A DNA stretch of 64,000 bases from Monocercomonoides exilis PA203 (lineage: Eukaryota; Protista; Preaxostyla), in assembly GCA_001643675.2 (NCBI GenBank), contig LSRY02000043.1, positions 620,001 to 684,000 of the forward strand. The letters are read 5' to 3'. A model generated the notes under the pieces. It was not told the origin of the DNA. It saw only the letters and a program-made list of their open reading frames with translations, and searched no databases. Positions within the stretch are counted from its first letter, which is position 1. Every line of letters starts with the position of its first letter. Positions 13,239 to 24,305 of the stretch are shown piece by piece. The position numbers were made by a program, and so were the translations under genes.

Positions 13239-14107
13239 ATGGCTGAATCTTCAACCTCTTCACAATCATACCCCAAATCTCTTATCAAGGATTATGGATT
13301 CTCAGATGATATGAATCCAAGGTTTAGAAAGACTATGGAGGTATTTTTACAATTTATTCTCTGTTATTGTTAAAAGAGAGATTTTTAATTTTTTTAAAAT
13401 CTGTCGTCTTTTTTGTTTTATTGTTTTTCTAGGATGCACATATCTTTGTCAACAATGTTGGTCCAGATGGAAGAGGAGTATTTTTTGCTGTTTATGATGG
13501 TCATGGCGGAACAGAAGCAGTAACTGTTGTTAAAGATGCTCTGTATCAGGTAATTGCTTTTATTGATAAAGGATGAATAAGAATCAAGATATATTTTTTA
13601 AGATTTTTTCTGATTTGCTTCGAAAAAAACCTCATGAATCCATCCATCATCTTTTGGCCGAAGCTTTTGCATTAACAGATAAAAAACTTGAAGATGATCA
13701 TGTTGATAATGATGGTTTTATAATCGAATTAACTTTCACAAATGTTGTATTCATTGTTTACTCTCATACTTTTTGAAGGAACAACTGCGGCAGTGATATA
13801 TATGCAACCTGAGATACGAGATGGCAAAGAGGTAGTAATGATTTACTCAGCGAACTGCGGAGATGCTCGCTCGGTGTTAATGTTTGTGATAGTTGATGCG
13901 GATCCAGTTATTGCTTATTGATGTTTCTATATGTTGTTTAGAAGCGGTGGTCAATCGCATCGTCTGTCGCTGGATCACAAGCCAACATTGCCAACAGAAA
14001 TTGAACGTATCGAAGAAGCTGGGGGATTAGTTGTTTTAGGAAGAGTTAGTGGTATGTGTTATTAATGGTGACTTTTTCAGAAACTTATGGATTTATCCAT
14101 TTAATTT

Positions 14108-14138
<31 letters not shown>

Positions 14139-14644
14139 CATTTATACTAAATTCGAACATTTCCATTCCAATTCAATTGATACATTTTGAAATAAAAAAG
14201 GTGTTCTTGCTGTGTCTCGTGCGCTGGGCGATCACGTAATGAAGCAATTTGTGATCAGCGATCCGTTTGTGAGTGAAGCCGAAGTGAAAGAAGGAGACGC
14301 TCACATTGTGGTTGCGTGCGATGGGCTGTGGGATGTCGTGTCTGACGAAACAGCTGCTGGCTTTATCAGCTCTGCGAAGGGGAATTGCCAATCGGTTTGG
14401 TTGGATTGTTTGAGAAAATTGAATATTAAATTTTTGAATTTAATGAAATAATTTTTTTGATATTTGAAATTTTCACCAATTTTTTGAATATGTAAAAAAT
14501 ATTTTTTTTTTTTTTTTGTTTTCTTTTTTTTTGTTTCTTCTTCTTCTTCTTCGATGCATTTTTCAGATTGCTGAGAACCTTGTGAAATATGCCCTGGATC
14601 TTGGCAGTACTGACAATATATCCGTTATGGTTGTTGCAATTTGA
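13239..14644 (+). CDS. Protein phosphatase 2C (PPM family), multi-exon
   Basis: PP2C motifs across exons: FRKTME-DAH, FFAVYDGHGG, GTTA, ANCGDARSVL, DHKP, GVLAVSRALGD, VVACDGLWDV, GSTDNISVMVV. Confidence 0.95.
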
Positions 14645-15260
14645 AGCAGCAAAAAGTCAAATCATTCATATCAGTTTCTCCTCATTTCCATTACACAAGT
14701 TCACTTTCACTTCTCTCTCTCTCTCTCTATCCCCGACTATGTATTATTTACAGAGTCAAATAGGCTGTTACGGGAATGCTTCATAATAAGCTTTTCTCCA
14801 ATAACTTACTTTTGATTTGTGGCTGTTGGATAACTCGGCATTTAGATGCACATTTTTCTTTTATTGTGAAGAAATGTGCTATGTTCAAAATGAGAAAAAT
14901 CAAAACAATTTTATTTGCATAGTTGTTTTTAGTTGATAGGCATTGATTTGTTGGCCTTCATCTTTTTTCTTTTAAAAAATGAAAGCTTTTTTTAATTTTT
15001 CTTCATAACAAAAAGATACAAATCATGCTATTCAAATCATTTCTTTCTTTCTTTCTTCCACAAATTATTAGAGCCTCTTTCTTTCTCTTTCGATCTATCA
15101 ATCAAATATTCTTCTGATCTACACTTCTTGACTTCGCGACTCAAAGAAGAAGATCTGTGCATTGAACGCAAAGCATTTTCTTTCATTTGAATATGAAGCA
15201 ATTCGTTCAAAAACACTCACAAGAAATGAATATTTCAAGTTTTTTTTCATGATTATTATT

Positions 15261-17422
15261 TTATTTGTGTTTTTTGAAAAATGAAGTGATGGAAGGAGTG
15301 CCAATTGCGTTGCGCTCGAGCTTTTCTTGCGCTTTTGTTTTCCCTTTCGCTTTTTGTTTGGAAGGGGAAGATGGTGGTGAAAACGTCTGTTCGTCCCTTA
15401 TGATGTCTTGAGAAAGAGGAGCAAACAAATTCTCAGCTAATGTTATGCAAAGTTCATTCATCGTTAACAAATAATTTCATGTGAATATTTTATCAAATCA
15501 AGTAAAAAATCATTAAAGGAAAGAATAAATTAGAAAAAAAAGAATGTAATAAAGGCAAACTTATCATTTGAGAGCGCGATTTCTCTTCGGTTGCGGGGAA
15601 AAGATCATCCTCTTCGTCTATTTCAATTACGCCATCAAAATCGCTTCCTCCATTTTCCAAATCAATTGGAGAAAGAGACATATCAGCGCCAGAACTCTTC
15701 GAACCAGCACTTTTAGCTCTTCCGCTGCTGTTTCTTCCTTTCCCTTTTCTTTTCCAATTGCTTTTGTTTTTGTAATCTTTTGCATTTGCTTTCATAAGCA
15801 GCTCTCTTCTCATCCGCTTGTCCCTCTGCTCGTCGCTTTCTGTGCCGAATTCCACAGACAACGCATCGCTCCACTCCACACTGCAGTAAACAGACACTAT
15901 CTCCACAGCGCATTGCAGAGCAGCCTGGTGGATTGGCGAGTCAGATGAGACTGTTGACGACGATGTAGACGATAAACCTAATGCGAATGGAATCGCATTT
16001 ATGTCTGCAGTCGCAAAGCAGGAGAAAGGGATAAATTTCTGGTTTTTCTCAAAAAAAGAAGCAAGTTTTTCAACTTTATGTTTATAAAAGTTACGAATCA
16101 AATCTTTTGATGGTGCAATTGGCATCAGCAGCTCGTCTCCTTCTGAAAACTCGCCAATTGAACAAATTTGCTTCAACCTAGGCAATATTCCGTTAACTTT
16201 TCCTTTCACCATCTCTGTTGCTAAAGCAGAAGGCGGTTGCTGCACAGCTTTTTGAGGAGGTAGTTGTTTTTTGAATTTCTGTGCGGCAGATGGAGATACT
16301 GTTGTTGAAGATGAGTGAGTCGAGTCATCTTCAAATAAAGATTCACTTGCAGACAAATCAGACGCACCTTCTGCAGATGGAGTTGAAGAAGACATGCTTT
16401 GATTTTCCATCTGCTTTTTATTTGGAGTACTTTCAACATCAATCCATTCAATTCCGACTTCGGTTTCAGTTGACGATTGAGGAATTTCACTTTCTCCGAA
16501 AATTCCCCTCAAAAATGTTTTTGCAAGAAGATCTTCTTCAATAACTATTTCGTCTTCTTTTTTTGCATTCGTTTCTGTTTGAATTTCTGTCATTTGAGTT
16601 TTATGATCTGAATTTGTTTGGCTTCTTAAAACTTTTTGTATTGTTGTTGATTCTGTTTTTGATTGATGGCTTTCAGCTGTCATCGATTTCTCTTCGCTTT
16701 TTTTTAAATTTTGAGTTTCAATCTTTTCTTTTGGCTTGTGCTCATCAGTTTCTTCAAACAATCCTTTTTGCTCGTTATTTTCCATTTCAAGTGAATGACC
16801 TTTTGTAAATAAATCTTCTTTTTCTGGATCCTCTTTGCCTCGATTTTTGTGCTTGTGAACGACTGTTTCAAGCGATAATCGAGGTCCTATTCCAGATATT
16901 TTCATTCCTTCATTTAATAGATATGGAAATGAAAGATGTGACGGCTTGATTGTTCGATGCTTGAAAATATACAAATCAAGAATGTCAAATTTTGAAAAGG
17001 GTGAAAGAAAGTTCCAACCATTTCTCGTTCCCATGCATTTTCAAGAAGAGGAATAAGAAGAAAAAGAGGATCAATTTTTGTCAAAACGTAAAGAGAACCA
17101 TCTGAATATTTTTTCGTAAATTTTATTATTCAAAAAAATAGATTAAAAATAACAAAATGAACCTTTTATTACAAATTGCCCAATCATCCACGAAGAATAC
17201 TCGGAATGATATTTTACAAACTCATAAAGATCTCCATTTGGTGAAAGCAAAAAGCTACCTACAAGATCTAATTAACAAAAACAAAAAAAAGAAAATGAAA
17301 GTCGTTTATGAAAATAATTACTAACTTGTTCTAGGCCTTGGAAACTCAAAGATGTGAAATAATTGACCATCAAATGGCAATCCTACTTTCGGCCCAAGAA
17401 CAACCTTTAAATCTTCATTCAT
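15261..17422 (-). CDS. RNASEH2B: Ribonuclease H2 subunit B with large low-complexity insertions, multi-exon
   Basis: Spliced N-terminus ...FPRPRT/...GDLYEFVKYHSEYSSWMIGQFVIK/DGSLYVLTKIDPLFLLIPLLE matches the RNase H2B N-domain (SWF...V...G.L...T..DPLFLL). AVEIVSVYCSVEW is present, and the C-terminus ends in a PIP-box-like GTPSITSFFKK. Confidence 0.8.
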
Positions 17423-17763
17423 CTAAATGCCTGATTTTTTTTTGAAAAATATTTTTAAAATACGCAAACACAACAAACAGTAATTTCTTTTTAATAATTT
17501 TAATTTTCTATTTTTGAATCAAAAAATAAAAAATTATTATTTGATCGAAATGTTAATTTCAATCTTATTTTCATTTCGAATTTACACCGTTTATCATTTT
17601 CGAGTAGGCCTCTGCGACAGACCGACATTTTTCAAATATCTCGACAAATCGACCAGTTATAATAATTATTATGTTATTTTTTTATATTAAAGAACAAAAA
17701 AAAAAAAGAATAAATTATTATTAGTTGTTCATAATTATTCGAATAATTATATAATTTTCAAAC

Positions 17764-20547
17764 TAAACCTGTGTGGCGTAATGACTACTGACGTGTAAAT
17801 TCACGATTCTGATGGACTTGGAAAAAATTCCGTGTCAGTAATATTTTTGAATAAAAATAATCTCGTTTAAGCTCAAAAAAATAAAAAATATTATTTAATA
17901 TTATCCTCAAATATTTTTTGCAATAGAAAATCAATAATAGTCGTTTATATCACTAATTTTTAAAAAAGTTTCTATGGGATACTGACGAATTGTCAAATAA
18001 GGAATTTCAGATCGTCAGTTACGGTCATGCCCGTCAGGACAAGTCAAGTCAAACTCTCCATGAGTTTAAGAGAAAAATGATAGCGATTTGGTTTATTGAA
18101 GGAAAAAATGTCATGCCTTCATCTGAAATAGTTTGATATTAACAGTATATATTTGAATTTTTTATTTGTTTCCTTCATAAATTACTTCTTATCACTCGAA
18201 AGCAGATTCTTTTTGGTCACCTGCTGATAATAATCAATTTTCTTCATTTGGATCTTTGAAGAGAGAACCAAAAATATCTTCATTAGCTGGAGTTTCAAGG
18301 AGATTTTTTGAAAACGAAAAGTTATTATCAGTTGAATTGTGAAATCAACATTTTTTCAACAATTAGATCATCTACAGAAAAAAATAATGATGAAAGCGAA
18401 ATCAACAAAGAGTCAAGCAAAAATGAAAAATTTTCTGTGCTCCTACTTATTACGGAAATTAAAAGATGAAATTATTCATCCAAATTTATAACTTAGATAA
18501 TGAAGAAAATTTGGATACGTTTGATGAAGCAGATGAATATTAATTCTATCAAGCCAAAGAAAATAATGGCGGAGATGATTTCGTTCCAATAAGAAATGAA
18601 TTATCATGAGATGAATTTTCATTATCAACTTAATTTTCTTCTGAATCGGATTCTTCTTCATCAATTTCTTCATTTAAATCTTCATTTTCATCATATTCAC
18701 ATTTATAACAAACAAGTGTTAATATCAGAAAAGATAGTTAAATAAACACCATCTCAACCCTTCGAAAAAAATGATTTGATAAAAGGCAATCGTTTTGAAG
18801 ATCTCGAAATTTATCCTGAAGCCAACTGTGAAAGAATCATCTCTGGGATGCTTCACAAACTGGAAGATAAAAGACATTCATCAGGCACAAAGCATTGGAT
18901 GAACTGTTGAGGTTGTTCATGTTTTTCATTTGCACACATCATTATTTTGAGGCTTTTTTAAATTTTTAACATTTCATATCAAAATAAAAATTGATTAAAA
19001 ATTATTAAATCTTCTATATTTGCAAAAAAATTTTAAACATTCAGATGAACACAGAATATATCTCGAATACTGTGGAAAAAGATGTTTAATATTGTTTCGA
19101 TACTTTTATTGCATTCACACATAAAACTTAAGAAGCTGTTTCTTTTTCTTCTTTTTCATTCTTCGATTTTTCTCATTCATCTCATACTCTTTGAACTTCT
19201 TTCTTTTCACTGTAAACGTATTGGTAAGGCAGATGAGGTGAATGAGAGGCACCCGTGATTGGTGGGAGTCTGTTGGTTTTGTGGAGCTGAGTTGATGTTG
19301 GTGATGGTGCTGTTGGCGAGGGAGAGGGAGAGAGCAAGGGAGGTGGCAGAGGAGAGGACACAGCTGGTGGGGGAGGCAGTGGAGGTGATGTGGGTGATGT
19401 TGGAGGAGTTGAGGGTGAGGGGATTTGTGAGGGAGGTGAGGTGGAAGATGCTTTGGCTGTTGAGGGTGAGACTGGTGATTGCTGTGTGGTTGAGGGCGAG
19501 GGAGCCAGCAGTGAGGAAGAAGAGGGGAGTTTTTATTGTAATGGAGGTTGTTCCGGTGACGGTGGTTGTGTTGAGGTTGAGGGAAGGGGAGTTATCGGAG
19601 AGGTGGAAGAGGATGGGTGTGATTTGATTTGAGGAGTTGTGGGCGACGGCGAGGGCAGAGACTGTGAGGGAGCCCTGGGTCTGTTGGAAGAGGGCAGACG
19701 AGGCACATGGATCTGGTGGAGAATATGTTGATGAATGAAATGAAGAAGAATTGATTGTGAGATTTGCATTAGTGCAATTAACTTTTAGTGCTCCACCCCA
19801 ATTAGTTCCGCCATTTGAATCGTTCCATTCACACCACTCAAATTTATGGCTGTTCTCATCAAAAGCAGTCAGTCTTCCAGATGTTTCTCTTAGAGATTCA
19901 GTTCCAACATGAACAAGAGTGTCATTTGGAGATCTTATTTGGCAGAAGTTTGTTGCACCGATTAGCAGAATGAAGCGATCGAGTGGTGTGTAGATAAAAA
20001 CGAATACGGAAGAGAAGAAGAAAAAGAAATGTCAATATGGAAAAATGTATCGAAATAGTGACTCTTTAAGAAAACACTATGAATATTCGAATTGAAGAGG
20101 TATTCAGGGTTTATATAAAACCATCTACTTCACAGTAATGTGTGTGTATGAATTGTATCTTTGAAATATTTTTAAAAAGCGATGAAAAATGAAAAATCAG
20201 ATTAATTTTATATAGACAAAACTGTTAAAGTTATTAACAGAAAATTTATGGAATAAACAATAAGTATGCAACCACTAAATGTACATTATCGCATTATCAA
20301 TGCGCAACAATTCTTACAAAGGAACAATTAATTCTAAGAAAAAATGGAAATCTATTTATGGGATAAGATATTAAATGTTAAACATAGAAAATATTTACAA
20401 AATAATGGGCAAAGAAAACATATAAATGGATTTGGGTTTGAACCATATAAAACGAACTCTTTTTTTTTTTAAAAAAAAAAACACTGACGTGAACAGAAAT
20501 CAATGACGGACGTAACAACAAAAATTACTGTGCGTCACTCAGGTTTA
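17764..20547. mobile_element. Putative degenerate TIR element carrying gene fragments
   Basis: Imperfect inverted ends TAAACCTGTGTGGCG / CGTCACTCAGGTTTA (13/15 match). CTGACG motifs cluster near both ends. No transposase recognised. Confidence 0.35.
19207..20030 (-). pseudogene. Fragment of a lineage-specific beta-helix/PMP-like surface protein family
   Basis: ~270-codon open frame with no ATG, missed by the ORF track: ...HKFEWCEWNDSNGGTNWGGALKVNCTNANLTINSSSF...LALNHTAITSLTLNSQSIFHL... It has a GGA motif and many N-x-S/T sequons. Confidence 0.6.
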
Positions 20548-20713
20548 TTTCAAACGATAATTCTTTGATGAAAATAATATTTTCTTACCAAAAATATGAT
20601 TTAAGAAATCTTTTTCATGGGACATCGACTGATCTTTGTTTGATCAGTCGTTAGACAAAAATCTGTCGAGTTATTGAAAAAAATGAAAATATTAACGGTT
20701 TCTAAATTGATTG

Positions 20714-22409
20714 GGCAAGACCGCATTATATGGGAATGGCCTGTTTTCTGTGAAAATAATATATGAGTAATGTTGATAATGGATATCATGTTTTCATGCA
20801 TCAGAGATGTGCGGAAGTTGATAAAAAAGTCAAAAACAAAAAATTGAAAAAATAGAGGAAAAAATGGGTGAATGAATTTTATGAAATTAAAATAATGAAA
20901 AAAAAATCAATCAACATCCATTGTGTCAAATTCTGATGCACTTGCACGCTCCCCAGCTCCAAGTGAATATGATTCTTCAAATTCAGTCATTAAAAGAATG
21001 TTATTTTCATCTTAGATGTCAGATTCTTGCAATGATTCTGTCGAGTCAAATTCTACACTTTTTGATTCATCCAGTTCATTTTCTTTTTCAATTAAATCAA
21101 ACACGATTTCCTTTATAACATCCTCAAATTGTATTTGAAAGTTTCTTCTGACCAGCCACATAGATAAATAGTCCCCAAGATTCTTTTCATTGAATCCAGT
21201 TCTTGGAAAATTTTTCCTTAAATTCATCCACAAACCTTCGACAGTGTTTGTGCTTGCATGAGTGATTTTGTTTTAGAATTCTCGCTTGTGACAGATAGCA
21301 TCATGAGCGTATCCATAATCTTTCAATCTGGCTAAAGCCTTCCATTCATCGCTCATGATTTGAGTTCCAGGAAGAATTTTAACTCGTTTTATTGGAACAA
21401 ATGTCTCGGCCTTCCTTTTTGGTGCGATCATCACGAAGTTCTTCCCAACACCTCCCTCTGGTTTCCTTTTCACGTCTACAATTATCCAAATTTGCCTCCT
21501 CTTTTTCCCTTGCCCATTCCTTCTGCACCTCCAAACCGCTTCGCAGATCTCCACAATTCTTCCCAACCCTCCAATGATAGCTTGATTTTTGTTCCAAAAA
21601 GATGTGCATCTGACACCAATAACACTCGTCCAATAATGAACTGTGTTTTCTCTCATTCCAAGCAGTTCACCAGTGTGTGCGGATGATATACCAGTGGAAT
21701 ATTACAAAACAATCATCAAAAACTTATTCAGTGGTATTTTCGAATTTTCCAAAGATATGTTTTTAAAAACTGACTGTTTTTGCCACATTTTCTGTATCTC
21801 TCGTACTTGTGATATTTGCCACCAGATGTAAATATCATTTTGCATTTATCATGCCGAATTCTGGAGCTTCCACTTCCAGTACATTTTCGAAATACCATTT
21901 CCGTACACCCATTTCATCAGAAAATATATCGTTGAGTTCACAAATAGGTGGGTGATTCTTTTTGAAAAGTCACAAATGTCTAATTTTCATATAAATTAAA
22001 AATGACATATTTTGCTCTTTTTTTTGTTAACATCAACCAAACTTCTCTAATATGAAATCTATTTCTGGATAATGCTATTTCACACATTCTTAAAAAGATT
22101 CGTGAGGGGAAACAAAAATTTGAGCAAAATATGAATATAATTTTTTATTTGAAAATTAAACATTTGTGACTTTTCAAAAAGAATCACCCAGGTGTTTTTG
22201 TGAACATTCTGTGTGACAAAGACATTTGATGAATGTTTGATCAAACCCATAAATACTTGAAAATGAACTTTTTTCAAAAAATAAAAATTATATTTTTGAC
22301 CACTTTCCGCATTTTTTTTTGGAGATTATTATTGATTTATATTTAATTATAAATCAAATAAAACAGAAATAAACTTATTCCAGACGTTCCCATATTTTCA
22401 GGTCTTGTC
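20714..22409 (-). mobile_element. Merlin (IS1595/ISXO2-like) DNA transposon, full-length but decayed
   Basis: TIRs GGCAAGACCGCATTATATGGGAA / rc GACAAGACCTGAAAATATGGGAA. Exact 8-bp TSD ATTGATTG at 20706-20713 and 22410-22417. Internal transposase relic. Confidence 0.92.
21012..21990 (-). pseudogene. ISXO2-like (Merlin) DDE transposase pseudogene
   Basis: Motifs IGGLGRIVEICE (first catalytic D replaced by C), ILPGTQIMSDEWKAL, ICHKREF* (in-frame stop), and STNTVEGLWMNLRK. Confidence 0.9.
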
Positions 22410-22919
22410 ATTGATTGTCAATCTTTCAAATTTTTTATCGAGCAAGAACAATGATATTTTGTTTTCAATTTATGATTTTTGGAAGAAAGTTTTTATTTCT
22501 TTTTATTTTTATCAAAAGACAGAAATATGCTTGTTTTTATTCTTTTGTTTTCACCCACAAAGCTTTGAAAAACGATTTGTAATAAGAAAGAGTTGTTTGA
22601 ATGGTTTTTGAATTTTTTATTGCCTTTATCATTTTATTTTTTTTTTAAACAAATTCAAAAATTTTAAAGAATAGTATCATTTGATGAACAAGAAAAAATG
22701 AAGTGAGATGGTTCCATGATTTTTTGATTGTATTCAAAAATTTTTCATTCAAAAAAAATGTCACAAAGTTTTATTGACAAAAAAACATGTGAAATGATTC
22801 TTTTCCAAAAAATCTTTCTTTTTTGTTACAGTTAAAAAAAGAAGAACTGAATAAGATAAAATACTTTTTCTTTGAAGATGAAAATTAGTTGATGATAGAA
22901 TTGGATCTTCCAGAATATG

Positions 22920-23900
22920 TGATGGCAATTGTTGGGAGAACATTTGAGAGCAGGCGAGATTTACAGGAAACGATGACAGTGACGCAGAAGCTGATGGAGC
23001 TGTGCACAGAGCGGGAGCGTATTGTTGGGAAGTCAGTGGTGGAAGCGAAGATACAGTTTGATTAAACGTTAAACATCACGTTTATTGTGGAGAGGTTGTT
23101 TCGGAGGAGAGAGAAGAGAAGAGAAGAGGATGAGTGTGTGTGTTTGGCATTGGATGTGGTACTATCGCATTTGGACTCGGACATGTAGAGAAACGATGGA
23201 AGAGTTTGTTGCGGTTGGGGCAGCTGTTCCACAGGAAAGTGTTCCGTCGATTGCTATGGGATGCGGAGTGTGCGATTATGTAAGAGTTCCACTGAAAAGG
23301 GATAATTGAGGTATTTTTCGTTTTGTGTTGTGTGTTTACAGATGATTGGGAGGTGCTGAAGAACTCATCAGCTTTCCGGTGGATGTCGTATCTGCTGCGG
23401 GGAAAGGGGAGGGGGGAGGGGGAGAATAGAAATTGTGTCTGCAAACTGCTTCATTTTGTGCCACGCTGGCACTGCTGCTTTGCATGTGCACGATCCCTCC
23501 ACTGATTCTGCGCATTCAATTTTTGATCGGCTTCTGACTTCTTCGAGTTCTGTTTTCAACTTTGTGTCTGTTGCTGAAGTTCCAAGACTTCTGTCTGCTC
23601 GTTTATCAAATTCAATAAAGGCACCAAATGAAATGTGATTGAAGCAATCCTCTCAAGTTTAATTATCGTTTCGAAAGCATAAGCTGGAACAGAATCTATT
23701 GGCTTTTATTTCCCCTGTCTTTCAGCGTGATGAAAAAACAACTGTGCTTCGCTGAAAACATATTTCAATAACCACAGGCACTTCTTATTGGCTGCCAAAG
23801 CAGAAGACAACTGGCTTAATTATAATTGAACCAAACTCCAATCGCATTGCTTTGCATTCATTTCTTGGTCTTTTTTTCGCTGTTAATATTCTGCTTTCCA
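22920..23900 (+). pseudogene. Degenerate coding-like fragment of unknown family
   Basis: GC-elevated, purine-rich segment with short interrupted frames (MAIVGRTFESRRDLQE..., CRETMEEFVAVGAAVPQE...). No domain recognised. Confidence 0.3.
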
Positions 23901-24011
23901 CATTTCCCGTCACTTTTCTTGTCCATAAACGTCTCAAACTGTTCCCTTTCATTGTGTTCCAAAATTCATTCTGTAAGTTATATATTTAAAAAAAAATAAA
24001 TATACCTAACA

Positions 24012-24305
24012 CAGTCTAACTCGGATATAATCACATCGGTTTTTGCATAACTTTTTGTGATTTTATCCGATTGTGATAATATACGATGCTGTTTGTCACA
24101 GAAAATTATTAAAATTAATTAATTAATTAATTAATTTTGAGTGAAACTTTTAATTTTTGAAAATTTTTTATTAAAACGTATTTTTCACTTGCGAAATTTA
24201 TTTTTTGCATCAATGCATATCACTTTAACTTATTTGAGAATAATATTTAAAAAGCGAAAATTTGAATATTTTGATCAAAAAATCGAATTCATAATAAAGA
24301 AAATC
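24012..24305 (+). mobile_element. 5' part of a Tc1/pogo-type MITE (family A), interrupted by an insertion
   Basis: Begins CAGTCTAACTCGGATATAATCACATCGG and is colinear with the copy at 39473. The homology resumes at ~28985-29020. Confidence 0.75.

Noticed and set aside
19259-19632. Val/Glu/Gly-rich plus-strand ORFs
   Set aside because: Antisense to the C-rich minus-strand surface-protein fragment.
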